From: Guillardia theta CCMP2712
Taxonomy: Eukaryota > Protista > Cryptophyta
Assembly: GCF_000315625.1 (NCBI RefSeq)
Contig: NW_005434604.1
Span: 310,001-374,000 of the forward strand
Reading direction: 5' to 3'
Length of the DNA: 64,000 bases
This document shows positions 12,490 to 25,071 of this stretch, one piece after another. A program made the translations under genes and the position numbers. Under the pieces are notes generated by a model. It was not told the origin of the DNA and ran no database searches. It saw only the letters and a program-made list of their open reading frames with translations. Numbering within the stretch: the stretch's first letter is position 1; each line of letters begins with the position of its first letter.

Positions 12490-14518
12490 TATTTACAGTC
12501 TCCCGTGCGTTCGCATCCTGCGACAACTGCTGGTCAGCGGTGCTGAGGCCACGACGTCCTCACCTTTCGATCCTGCACCGCTCTGCTGACCTCAATGCCC
12601 TCCATGCTCGGCTGCTGCTGTAGGGGCGTAAGAGGAGGAGGAAGAAGAGGAAGAGAGGAGAACAAGGACGAGGACGAGGACGACGAGGAGGACGGGAGCC
12701 GCACCTCATTCTTGTTCAACACCCATTCCAAAGTTTCGCCAGCGCCAGTTGGAACCTGAGTGAGCGTGAGGACGACAGGAACGAGAGAAGGGGTAGGAGA
12801 AATAAGAGAGAAACAAACGGAGGGGGAGGACAATGAGAGGAGAAGAAGAAGCAGGAAATGGAGCAATAGCAGCAGCAGGAGCAGCAGCAGCAGCAAGGTC
12901 TACCTGCGTTAGATAAAGTCGATCACCAGGTCTCGCGCCGTCAGGCACTTCAACCAACATGGGACCCTGTCCCGCAACTTCTGCAGAGAAGAAATCTCCT
13001 GCTCTCCATCAGCTTTGACACAGAATTTGTGCAGGAGGAGGCAGAAGAGTGCAGATGATTAAGAGCAGAAGGAGGAGCAAGGGAGAGAAAAGGAGGGAAT
13101 GCTTACCTGCATGCTTGCCCTGAGGTACGAGGACAGAAGTAGAATGATCGTTGTTTAGTTGATGCATCATCCCCTTCCTTCCACCCAAAAGTTGACTCGA
13201 CCTCGCACGCATCTTCACGTCCTCCTTCCCTTCATCTTGCTTCGCTAACCCATCGCTCACAGAAGCTTCGGAGTCCATTGGAGCAGGGGCAGGGGCAGGG
13301 GCAGGGGCAGGGGCAGGGGCAGGGGCAGGGGCAGGATCGGATGAAGGCTGTGCACTAGCTGATGAAGGTTCTTCTCCACCACCTCCTCCTCCTCCTGCAC
13401 TCTTCCCTGTCTCCATTGTTGTATCAGCCTTGTTCGCCTCTTCTACTGTTGCTACATCCGTCTTCGCTGCCATCTCCGCAGCTTCCACACTCGCCGCATC
13501 TGTCGCAGTCTGCGAACTCTCTCCTGTGTGCTTCGTGATTCGAACTTGAATCGAAGGACCGAAGCCAAAGGAGCTCGAGCGCTGAAACGGCTCCATGTTG
13601 AGAGGCTTCAGGGCAGGAAGGGGGTGGGTTATAGCAGGCCAGGTACGACGAGGAGAAGGCTGTGCAAAGGTAGCGAAGGGGAGGGGCGACTGCTGGCCAT
13701 ACCGAACTTCCGCCTCCCTCCCACTCCCCGACTTGGTGAAGATGCTCATAGTCTCAGGATGAGAGTAGCTAACTGGGGTGTGCCTGCTCAGAATGCGCGT
13801 GAAGACCTCCTGCTTTCTTCGCTCCGGCTGGCCCCATGCCGGAGGTCCTTGGAACAAAGGTTGTACTGCCATGTTGGTCTGTTCAAAGAGCACGGAGGTG
13901 AGAGGCAAGAGAGGAAGAGGAAAGCAAGTTTCTCACCATAGGAGCAACGACAGCAGGATGGGAGGCAGAGTACATGCCGTACCACGGCGAGGGGTTCGGT
14001 GGGACGGCCAAGGGAGCTTGAGAGGGTAGAGCCAAGGTCTTTGAGGAGAAGGCAGGAGATAGACGCCAGGGGCTGACGATGGCCGGTGGTTGAGGCTGCT
14101 GACCTGCTCCTGGGTAGCTCAAGGTTGGAGCTGCGTAGCGACTCCATGGGCTCGAACCTACGTAGGAGAAGGGAGCAGGCAACACCGGGTAAACCTGCTG
14201 CACTGCTCTCTCAACGGGTTGTACGGTCAAGGAAGGAGCGGGGGCGGATCTCCTTCTCAGCGCAACTCTTGCCGCCATGACGGCCTTGGCAGCCTGCATC
14301 AGAGCAGGGCTGAGATGACGGTGAAGCTCGACGTACGCGGGAGCGACGGTCTGGAACAATTGGTTGGGCCCTTCCTCAGCATTGCGCAAGCTCCAACAGC
14401 AGAGGAGCAAGCAGAGAAGAGAGGCAGAGGTGACAGCCACACGGGCAGAAAATGAGAGGAGACTTCGCCTGCTGGCTCGAGAGTGAGAGGCAGGACGGGA
14501 ATCAACAGACCGTTTCAC
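12490..14518 (-). CDS. hypothetical multi-exon protein with an N-terminal membrane anchor and Pro/Ala-rich region
   Basis: ORFs 13883..14518 and 13009..13908 plus small exons (VLVPQGKHAG, VEVPDGARPGDRLY, VPTGAGETLEWV) with GT-AG boundaries; 3' end approximate. Confidence 0.5.
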
Positions 14519-15107
14519 CTCGCAATTTCTTCTCCCCCCACCGAGAACCCTGGCGTCTTCGACTGCAGAGAAAGAGGAAGAAAACGATCAGAACAACGGA
14601 ATAGGATAAGGGTGCTCGTCAGTCAGCAACGATGATCAACTTGAGATGGACGATGTGAGAGCTATAAGATTGCAAACACTGATGGAACTCCAGAAGGATC
14701 GTTCCGTGCAATCCTTGACCAAAGACTAGACGTCTCTCATGAACGCAACACATGTCTGAGCCCCGCACATGCTCACCTATGCCCTCTCATGTGCCATGTA
14801 TCTCGCACATGTCCTCTTCTCTTCCCTCTCTTTCGCCATTTCTTGCTACACCCCAGCGCTCTGCTCACCTCATCGCCATCAGCCATCGCTCTATTTCCGC
14901 CGGCAGGGTGCCGTGCCTCCGTTACATCCCAGCAACGGAAAAGCTTAAATAAAACTGAACGCGGAACGCAACTCTTCGCATTATTCTGTAAATGTGTCCA
15001 CCAATTTTGCATAAATTTGCAATAAACTCTGAGCAGAAGAAGATAAATCGGCAATAAAATAATGCGATATATAAACAGTAGGGAACCACGAAGTACCACG
15101 GCCGTGG

Positions 15108-15192
15108 CTCACCATAGCTCAGTTGGCAGAGCATCTGACTGTAGAGATTCGCAGACATCAGAGTGTCCTTGGTTCGATTCCGAGTGGTGAGA
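15108..15192 (+). tRNA. trnY: tRNA-Tyr(GTA) with a 12-nt intron at 37/38 (15145-15156)
   Basis: acceptor stem CTCACCA/TGGTGAG, D-arm GCTCAGTTGGCAGAGC, anticodon arm TCTGA-CTGTAG[intron]A-TCAGA, T-loop TTCGATT, T-run at ~15214. Confidence 0.95.
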
Positions 15193-15301
15193 GCCAACGT
15201 GCTATGGCCGTTATTTTTTGACCAGGGGGTACTCGCTGCCGTCTTTTTTTTTCATGCGCTTTTTGTACTTGAGCACGGGGGTACATCTGCCTTTTTGGTA
15301 G

Positions 15302-15478
15302 GGGTCGGTGGGTCGGTGGGTCGGTGGGTCGGTGGGTCGGTGGGTCGGTGGGTCGGTGGGTCGGTGGGTCGGTGGGTCGGTGGGTCGGTGGTTCGGTGGG
15401 TCGGTGGTTCGGTGGGTCGGTGGGTCGGTGGGTCGGGTCGGTGGGTCGGTGGGTCGGTGGGTCGGTGGGTCGGTGGGT
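15302..15478 (+). repeat. (GGGTCGGT)n octamer tandem repeat, about 22 copies
   Basis: directly visible; lies between convergent tRNA genes. Confidence 0.95.
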
Positions 15479-15562
15479 CAAGATTTCAAAAATTACTGTC
15501 AAAAATTAAAACTTGACACAAGGAAACAGAAACTGTGCCCAGCACGGCCAGCAAAAGGATAT

Positions 15563-15636
15563 TGCCTCTAGCGTGGCTCGAACACGCGACCTCACGCTTA
15601 CTAAGCGTGCGCTCTGACCAACTGAGCTATAGAGGC
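15563..15636 (-). tRNA. trnT: tRNA-Thr(AGT)
   Basis: reverse complement GCCTCTATAGCTCAGTTGGTCAGAGCGCACGCTTAGTAAGCGTGAGGTCGCGTGTTCGAGCCACGCTAGAGGCA folds as a cloverleaf with anticodon AGT. Confidence 0.95.
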
Positions 15637-15719
15637 TCATGACATCATTGTCCCTCAACACTTTATGTACTCTTTGCCACCCTTCACCGTGGCACAGCCT
15701 CGGACGATATCATGTGCCA

Positions 15720-15900
15720 CATGAGCCGGGCGGCGGGCCGCCCGGCGCGGCGCCGCCCGGCGGTCCCGGGGCGACTGGCCCGGCCGCGGGCGTTCAGTGA
15801 CTTGTGTCACTAGTACCGTACGGTAGTGCCGCGCGACTCCCCCGGCCCCGCCGGGCGCTGCCCCGTACGGTCACCTTCGGCTGCGACGTTGAATGATGTA
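15720..15900. other. GC-rich intergenic island C
   Basis: CCGG/GCGC clusters, GTACCGTACGGTAG, GTGAC/GTCAC, GACTC. Confidence 0.55.
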
Positions 15901-16099
15901 CTCGTAGTATGATTAGATTAATCGAGTACTTGGTTTAAGTTTAAAAAAAACACTGTCCCACACAGGCATGATACGGCGAGAACCTCTGAGAGAAAAGACA
16001 GTGAGAACCAACTCTCATCCGGCCCACACTGCTGTCCCCCAAACTTAACAGGTCAGTTAAGTTTTCAGGTTTCGCTGCAGAGCTTTGCCTGCCGTAGGA

Positions 16100-16800
16100 A
16101 AAGCAACACCTCAAGTCAACCGAAATGTCGGAAGAGATAAGAGTTCAGCGAAAACCTCGATTTCTCGCTGCAATCTCGCGATGATTTCATCTTCATCCTG
16201 GTGGTAAAGAGATCACTACGATGATATGACATATGCGTTCATTCTCACTCACCTTGCGCCTTCTCTGTTCCTCCTCTTGTTGCCTTTGATGCACCCTACC
16301 GATTCGATGGTCATCAGATGTCTCAGCATGTGAGCAGCACATAATGAGTACCCTCTTGTAATTGTTTCCAAAGTCTCTCCTTCGTGTTCCTTGCTCTGGA
16401 AAAGAAAATCAAATGGGGTTAAGACAAGACACATCAATTATCGACAACCTCGGATCCTCCTTGCCTTGGAATTGCGCCATACAAATCGTCACCTTGCTGG
16501 GCAAACGCTGACCATTCGTCTATCTCTTACAATCATACAGGGGGTTCGAGAAGAAAAGTGACCTTAATACCTACACTCTTCAAGGTATTGAGCTGAAGCT
16601 GGAGCTGTTGAATCCGTTCCTCATCAACCTTTTTCCTACGTTCCGAAGCTTCATCATGCTCCCTGCCCTTCTCTTCTTCAATCCTTTGCAGCAGCAGTTT
16701 CTCCTCATCACCATACTCCTTTTGAAAGAAACGGACTTAGAGCGATACTCAGAGTTTGTAAAGGGGAAGCAACCTTCTCTCCGACGGCACTGCGTACCAT
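16100..16800 (-). CDS. possible small multi-exon coiled-coil gene
   Basis: minus-strand charged stretches (QKEYGDEEKLLLQRIEEEK, VDEERIQQLQLQLNTLK, QQEEEQRRRK|gtgag); no family recognised. Confidence 0.25.
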
Positions 16801-17009
16801 ACATCCAACACGATGAAAGTCCGCATCGTCATCGAAAGTGAATTGCATGTTAAGGATGTTGGTAAGGTGTCTGTGCTAGGATGGAAGACGTGTGTAGGTA
16901 TGATGGCAGAGGAGGTCTGTCAGAGATGAGCCTGGATCGTGAGTGGAGCTAGCGAAAGGCGAACTCATGGCGGCTACATGAAGTTTAGGGGGACATGATG
17001 ACGTCATGA

Positions 17010-17083
17010 GCCTCTATAGCTCAGTTGGTCAGAGCGCACGCTTAGTAAGCGTGAGGTCGCGTGTTCGAGCCACGCTAGAGGCA
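17010..17083 (+). tRNA. trnT: tRNA-Thr(AGT), identical to the copy at 15563-15636
   Basis: same 74-nt sequence on the opposite strand. Confidence 0.95.
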
Positions 17084-18332
17084 ATTTGTTTTGGAGCCGG
17101 TGAAATTTTTTGCTGATCCATGCTGTTGAGCGGGGATGAGGGGAAAGAGAACTCTCCAGGGTGGGTAGTGAAGGCTGTTGTTCTTGCTATGGGCCTAATC
17201 CAGGGGGTGATCAAGGTAGTGACGTGGGGTGGATGTTGATGGGTACGCTAAAGAGAAGGGTAGTATGGGGGCGTTGTTGGATAAAGCAACTGGAAATAAT
17301 ACCGCCATTTTGGGTTTGGTACACAACGAATTGAGAATAATCATGCAATTTGAAATTAAATTTCAAAAGTTGATAAAGGTATATTCGGGAAAATGTTTAA
17401 AGTTTTATATTTTGTGGTCAACATTTACTCTCCATCCATACTGATTCATTTTGCATCGAAAATGCAAGGGTGAGCGGAGATGATTGTGTACACACTGAGC
17501 TCGTGCACTGCAAATCTCTTTCCTCCTCTGCTCTCAATCTCCTCCTGTCTTCTCCTTCATCCTACACAGACCTGCTTCAACTGTGTCCTTCCTCCTCCGA
17601 CCTTCATCCTCTTCTCTTCTTTTCTCCGTTACTATTTCTTCCTTACTCCCTTGTGATTTCCACTCCTTCGTCCTCCTACCTACCCTTCTTCAGCCTCCTT
17701 CAACATCCTTCTACCTCCATCAACCTCTTCCTGCTTCCTCAAATAATTTCCGCCCTAGGACTCCTCCTATCCTTGATGCTTTCCTAAACCCTTCTTGAGA
17801 TACATATAGATTCTTCTTTAGTCTTCCTGGAACACACGCATATTCTTCCTGGTTCTTCCTGCCTATTAAGGCCATTCCTCACCCTTCTCCAGTTTCAGTT
17901 TAACTTTATATCCTTGTGTTTCAACCTCTGTCTTCACGTATCCTGACTTCTTCTAAATGTGTTAATTTTGACTTCCTTCTCGTCTAATCCTGTTCCCTTT
18001 CCGCTCTTCCATTTCCTTACACGTTGCCCAACTTTCTGCTGACAGGAATGACCTTGCTTAGATAAGAATAGGCTATAGTTGTGTATCTCGTTGTTTTCCT
18101 TTTTCTCGCTACCTCGTCTCCATTCAATATTCTCCTTCAGCTTGAAGTTTTCCAGTTGCTGCTCTTAAAAACTGGTTTTGACTGCTGGCATGCTGACGCT
18201 TAATGCAGCTTTCAGAATTCTGGTTTTCCTCCCACCTTCCCGCCTTCTCAAGTAAGGAGTGAACCAGGGAACTCAATATGAAGAAGCCGTTCTGACATTG
18301 TTGATTAGTTTTCTCCCTCTGTCTCGGGCGGA

Positions 18333-19827
18333 ATGCATGGAAATTTTCCGTTTCTCCTGCAAGTATGTCCATCAAATGAAAATCGATGGCGTGTGCTCAT
18401 GAATAGTGGCAGTCACCGTCAGGACGTGATCCTGGCGGAGGATCACTCCCTCCAGACATGTCAAACGGAACGAAGTTTACCCGTGAGGTGTAAACTTCGT
18501 CTTTGCTATGGTTGTGTTGGTAGTCTGAAAATGTGCAGGAACACATGAAGTTCTTGAGAGCACTCGACGAGTTGGACTCAAACATCAACGGGAACGAATG
18601 GGAAAAGATTGCCAAGGAAGTGGGGAAGAGTGAGAACGAGGTCAAGGTGACAAGTCGATCAATGCTGTCTGAGCTTTCGCGTGACTGCTTTACAAGGTTC
18701 ATGCTCAGCAATACTTTCTCAAGCTCGAGAGAGAGCGAAGGATTCCAACAGAGAACGTTCTTTCGTCAGATCAAAACATGTCTAGCCAAGCTATGCAACC
18801 ATACATGTCGTCCTCCTTCATTGTTCCATTTGGAGGCGAGCTGTCTTCGAGTTCCAACGATCCTACGCAATCCAAGCCACAGGTCGTAGCTCCCCTCGAA
18901 TGTTTGCTTTCACGCCCTGAACTCATGGTCAGGGTGTGGTCTGGACACCTGAAGAAGCTCGTATTTTCGAAGACAAGATATCAGAGATAGATCCCAATGA
19001 TGACGACCGGTTAGCTTCGTTGCTCTCCCCGCAAGTTTTGACACATGTGCAGTTGGATGCGGATTGCCTCTCTGTTACCAAACAAGAGTGCCGATGATGT
19101 TCAGAGCTACTACACGTGGCTGCAAAATCTGCTTAGAGCTCGTGGAGCGGGTCAATCTTCCTCAAGTCCGATTGACCAGGCTACAGGGAAGAAGTCTGGA
19201 AAAGAAAAGGGAAAACTTGAGACTCATGGGCTGTCTTGGACCGAAGAAGAACATAGACGTTTCTTGGAAGGATTGGAAAGATTTGGGAAGGGAGATTGGC
19301 GGAACATATCAAAGCATTGCGTCGTCACTAGGACTCCCACCCAAGTCGCTAGTCATGCCCAGAAGTACTTTGTCAGACAACAAAATGCTGCTAAGAAGAA
19401 GGAGAAGCGCCGCAACTCCATCCATGACATCACGCCAAGCTCCATCAAGACCTACTGGTCGGGAGGCAAGGAAAAGGAAGGCTCATCTTCCCCGGATGAA
19501 GGAAACGAGAGTCAGGAGAACGAGAACCAACAAGGCACGCAAGGTTCGAGCAGCAACAACACCAGCGGTAACGTCTCTGGAGGCGCATCCAACCAAATCA
19601 ACCCGCTGAAAGGCGAGGAGACCAGCAAGGGAATCTTCGACTCGCCGACGAACAATTGTCTGCCACCAGAGACGCCACTTGGCATCTCCTTGTTCAGCTC
19701 CTTGTTACCCTCAGGCAGCGGGCCCGAGGCATCCATCTCATCCGGACTGACTCCTGAGGCCTCCCCCTTCGGGACCATGACTCTCTCTCAGCTCCAGGCT
19801 GGACTGCTGAAACCCGACGGCGCGTGA
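18333..19827 (+). CDS. MYB/SANT transcription factor with three repeats (DIVARICATA-like pair plus an extra N-terminal SHAQKYF-like repeat)
   Basis: Spliced: [34 protein letters not shown]; [32 protein letters not shown]; [55 protein letters not shown]. Confidence 0.92.
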
Positions 19828-20739
19828 GCCTCAGCGCAGCACTCGGCAGCTCCGGCCAACCATGTACACTAGGAGAAGTGCTGGATGAAAGCGAAAGCTC
19901 TCAGCACTTGGCCAGCCCTCAGATGGGACCACGCAAGAGAGCAGAGATAATGGAATAAAGCTTTCAGTACAACTCCTCGAGCACCTCTAAGTTGAAAACG
20001 CTCCAGGTGTGGTGGCATGAGAGAAAGACTGTCGGAGGGTTAGATGGGCTTTCAAGAGTTACATGCTGCTTTACCGCTCTGCTGGGGGCTTGACTCCAGC
20101 TTGAAGGATCCTGAGGGAGATCAGAGCAGCAAGCGAGCCGGTGCGGCAAACCTGAGAATGCCCACTAGCTCCACCGTTACCTTCCCCCACCTTCTGCTCT
20201 TGTGTCAATGGGAAGGGAGGAAACTGTCGGGAGAACTACCGCGAGTAAACGTGAGATTGCAGCTCGACAGCGCGGGTCATTCGCGTAGTCCATAAAGCGC
20301 TGAGATGAGCGCTACATCATTCACTCGGCTGACATGTTGGAACATCACCTGATTGTACTTGTCGTGCATGGAGCACAACTTCCTGATTTTGTCTTGTTCT
20401 TGTTCAGAAGAGACAGAGAAATAGCAGATTGAAAACCTTCGCTCAGATACCGAGAGAAGACATTGATGCATGCGTAATTGCCGTAGGCAGAAGCATCTGA
20501 TAACAACTTCAGCGGAGAAATCAAAGGATGAATTTACAATGAAGTGGGGTCTGGCCCCTCAAATCGCTGATATCAACAGTGCCTCCTCGCTGTTTCATTC
20601 ATGTCAGCTCATCTCAGACAGTCACTGACGTGCCTGTAAAATCTCTTCTACTATCCCCTCGTGACCATACTGACAAGCAACATGAAGAGCAGACACGGAG
20701 AAATGATCGCCTGGAACAATCTCATTCCACCAGAATCAA

Positions 20740-22282
20740 GAACAAGAGATGAGGTGACCCAAACATCTTGAGATCACATGAACTTTCACTTGCTCCTTGT
20801 TCACCTCGTTTGCCTTCTCTTCAACTGATTCCTGGATGCTCGCAAGATCTGCACAAGCACGTCAAAGTCCCGGGGCGGGGCTCCCACCAGACGCACCTCT
20901 TTGCAAGGACAAGAGCCTTTCCCGGCCTATTCTGAGCTCAGACTGGAGTTGGCTGAATTCTGCCGGAGAGAGGTTGGGAGATGCTATCGACCTTTCATTT
21001 TTGTCTATCTGTTCCTGGACTGCAGCAATGTCCGATTGCAACGACCTTATTCTCGATTCAGAGATCTGGTTCTCACGGCAGAGCTTCCCGATGTTCTCCT
21101 CTTTCAGCTGCTTCTTCCTCAGAAGCTCATCGGTTGCAATGTAAGCTCCGAGGTCCAGCAGGCGAGAGAAGCTGGAAGCATCTCCCGTAGAAGCGCTCAG
21201 TTGTACAGGCATCCACCTCAGGTATTGATTGTTCCACTCATTGATCAGCGAGCTTGTCTGTCTTGAAGCCGGATGCCTCTGTTTGTCTTCATGGTCTGAC
21301 TTTTCTTGCAGGAGTTTTGCCTTGGCGACGCGCTTTCGTCCTTGGGACAAGGTCTGATCGTCCTCGATCTCCTGCAGCTTTCTGTCGATATCTAAATCCT
21401 CTTCCACGTCTTGTCGAGGGAATTTGAATTGTTTCTGCTTCATATCTGTTGGGAAGCAGTGAGATCAAGTTAGAGATCAGCGGGAGGCATGCTTCAACCT
21501 TCAATCTCTCTCACTGATAGCGCTGAGTCGGCTTCAAGTACCTCCTGTTCCCTCTTGAGCGTTTCTAGTTCGCTTTCTAGCCTTGCGATCTTAAGCTGCT
21601 GAATCTCTTCCTTGCTTTCTACTCCTCTCAGCTCCATCAGGTCGTACTCGACCCTCTCGATCAGAGGAGCAAGCTTCCTCGGCTGCTCCTGCCGCTCCAG
21701 GTGGTCCTGCCATAGCTCCACCGCGACCGGGAAGTTGGAGATGGATTCCGAGTCAGCAGTGTAGGCCGCTCGGAGCAGCAAAGTCGCATTGTCGCATGGC
21801 ATGTAAGACTGGCAGAGATTCGGATCCCACAGACTGCTTCCGCGATATTCTCGAATCGCCTTGGCTTTCATGCTGCTTGAAGAAACGAAGATCTTGAGAC
21901 TTTCAATGGCAAGAGAGAGACTTTTGATCTCATCTCTCACTTCATGCAGCTCGTACTCGCTCAGCTTCTTCTGCGCTTGTCGTTTCATCATCATCTCGAG
22001 CCTCTTCTTGCGGACAGGCAGCAGCAACTTGTGTTGTGCGAACATGAACTTGGCGATGCTTCTGGCCTCCTCCTCCGACGCGGCACTTCTCCAGTCATCG
22101 ATGACTCGACCTGCATCTCTGCCCCCTCTTCCCCGTAGGAGGATGGGATATCCAATCCCTCTCCCGCCCTCCACCACCTCCTCCACGCTCGAGCATGCCA
22201 CCTCCTCCCTCCTGCCCGACATTCCGTCGCTCGCCGGGAGCAACGGGCGGTCCCAAGTAAAAGTTTACTCAAGTTTCCTCAT
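20740..22282 (-). CDS. hypothetical coiled-coil protein
   Basis: ORFs 21494..22243 and 20862..21443 are E/K/Q/R-rich and joinable by a short intron; ends approximate. Confidence 0.5.
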
Positions 22283-23039
22283 GGACAACTTTTCTATTTT
22301 TGAAAGAATTTCTCGGAGTAGCGCGATGGCGGGATGAGGTTGATGCTTGTTTTGTCAGTATTCAACCAAACGAATTATGATATGCTCATGCATATGTGAT
22401 GAACATAATGAATATATGGTAGGGATGGCGAGGGTGGCAGGGTTAGAGACAGGCAGGGAGTCAGGGGAACCAGGTAGGGAGGGGAGGGAGGGGAGGGAGG
22501 GAGGGAGGGGAGAGAGGAATGCTAGACGCCATGGTTCGAGCTGGGGAGAGAAACAAGTTTCCGCGACCGTACTTCCAATGTTACAGATATGATTGCATTG
22601 GACCGTACCACAACAAATAGGATGAGTGCCCTGGGACTCGTCTAATGCCATGACGAAGATGTTGTGTTCGTAAGTTCGGGTCTCATTCAATTCATTGCCT
22701 TTCACGTTTGCTCTTGTGCATGTCACAAGCCCCGTCGGAACGCTTCCGTGCGCCTCAGTTGACAAATGAAACCTTGGTGAATGAACAACTCTTTTTGAAA
22801 CATTGTTTCACGAAAAAAAATTCGTGGTTGACAGACGCCAAAGATTGTTCAACGAGCCTCCTAAAATGTCCATTTTCATTGGTTCATGATTTCATTAATC
22901 TCCTGCCGCGTTTCATATACTTTCCGATCGACGTGCTTGCTGGTCTCCAGCGGTCTCATACCTGACAGAGCTGACGAGCAGCGCCACAGACGGCATGGCA
23001 TTCCCCACTGCAGCCAACCTAAGTCCCCGGCTCAGGTAC

Positions 23040-24305
23040 GTTATACGTGTGCTGCCAGGCAGAGTCTTATTCAGAATACCTTCAAATCTCAACATAATTG
23101 TTCTCTATATGAGATCGACAATTTCAGCTTATCTAGCACGGGACGCGGCCACAGCTGTACTTGATATTGGAATGCATCGCCAGCCTTATGCCCTGCTTCT
23201 CCTCTGATCCCACCAGGTCGGCACCTTCCCCTTCTGATTAGCATCGTTTTCTTGCCATGCTCTTTGCACATCCATTGGTGTGAACCTGAATGGGAACACC
23301 TCCACATGGAGAGATGAATTATTTGATGAGTGTGCTGCAAGCAATCAGACATGTGACCAGCCTTTGTCAAGCATGAGCATCAGTGTGCTTTCATGCAGAA
23401 AGGGGGCGAATCATACAAAGCATTCCATCAACATCGATCGTGAGCTCAAGAATTCATTCTACCATTATCAACAAACTCACAGGTAGACGGCAATCAATCT
23501 AAGTCTATATGTCCAGAATTGCAAGATCTGAAGCCGTAGAATGCATTGCGCTCGTCATGCATTCGAGGTATCATCATACAGATCCAAAGTTTTCTTTACT
23601 GATGTCGACCTGGCAACCTTGCGAGAATGTCTTTCAAACAATGCCTAACAGCGAGATCGTGATGAGACATAAAACGTCGAGGCAGAAACCGTAGCAAGGA
23701 AAGCAATGACGGTAGAGCTCTCTGCAAGAGCAATGACATCTCACACCGTATCAATCACTTGCATCTCATCTACTCTCCCAGCCCTCCACCGCCGCGGCGA
23801 TGCTTGCTGCAATTTCTCAATACGTTTGACTCTGTCTTGATGTGACCATTTAGAATTAGAATAATACCGTACCACCATCATATAGTATGTTGCTTTCGCC
23901 ATAATCTTTTTACTTTCGGTCTTAAGGCTAGCATAGAGCACAACACTTATACTGTACAACAGCTGCTGGTTTGGAGACCATTCACTATGTCCGCTGGAGA
24001 AGGAACGACAGGTTGTACCAGATGCAATCGATTGAGGATCAGTGAAACATCAATTATCTGTACCACACTGTAAGGCATTTTCCATGGAAGCAGAGCTCTA
24101 CTCTTTATCGATGGCAACGTATGATATCATTTATTTGCACAATCTTCTTTCAGAGCTGCAGATTCCATCATTAACTCCAGCTCGAGTCTTTGTGGACAAC
24201 ACAGCTGTCATTCAATTTTCTCAAGGATCGTCTCATCAGACACGATCAAAACATTTCAATATGCCCTTCCATTACGTGAAGGAAGTTCAAACAAGCGTCA
24301 TTGAA
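23040..24305 (+). mobile_element. decayed Ty1/copia LTR-retrotransposon pol fragment (RT and RNase H remnants)
   Basis: QHNCSLYEID/(frameshift)ISAYL resembles the copia RT motif; AID*GS.KHQ then EAELYSLS.A..DIIYLHNLLSEL..P..VFVDNTAVI...HQTRSKHFNMPFHYVKE matches copia RNase H; stops and frameshifts; no LTRs seen. Confidence 0.8.
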
Positions 24306-25071
24306 ATATTTCATTTTCGGATCTGCTTACGACGATCCATTTTCGTGTATCTTTTGGACGCCTCCGTGATCAAGCTGCACAACCCCAGCGCGCTTGCATT
24401 TCTTCTGACCGGCTCTTCTTGACACCTTCGGGGGAAGAAGTAGAAGATCAGCGTGGCATCAAGATTTGAGCGACTCCATCAGCAGATCTCTTGCGTCGAA
24501 AGATGTCAAGAAGCTATGAGGAGGTTCAAATTCAAGAAGGGCAGCATCATATCATTGGTAACTTCTGATTCAACTTTGCTTTGACGAGGCAATTGCAGTA
24601 CATCATTGTCATCATCGGAAGGGATCGGAGCAAATATTTTATTCACGAAAAGGAACTCGGAACTGGACAATCTGACATTCATGAATCTTCATGAGGATAC
24701 AAGCATCAACATCGATATATCATCAGTTGTCATTCTCAGCTTTCGACGTCAAATCTGTCAACCCAATCAACGATGTCTTCGAGGAAGGGTGTCAGAAGAC
24801 AGACAGTTATGTATGAAACAGAGTAACTGTCTCAACTCAAAGTCCCATCGTCAAGCTGTTCTCTGTGTTGTTGTTGTGAGAGTTTATAAATGCTTTCTTG
24901 CACTTCATCCACTTATTCCTTCAACACTTATTCCTTGAATACGTGTCACAATCTTACTACTCTGTCACAGTAATGTGCATAAGAAACACACAGCATATCC
25001 TACAGTTGTAAAGTCAGAGCACTTGGCTGGGTACCGTCTGAATAACCTCAACGTGGTGTACTCTCTCACAC

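Noticed and set aside
15158-15571. ORFs with PTDPPTHR / VGRWVGGS repeats; telomeric repeat
   Set aside because: Translations of the GGGTCGGT repeat overlapping tRNA genes; the unit is internal and not TTAGGG-like.
15563-17083. DNA transposon with tRNA-like terminal inverted repeats
   Set aside because: Both copies are intact tRNA genes with their own T-run terminators; no transposase or target-site duplication seen.
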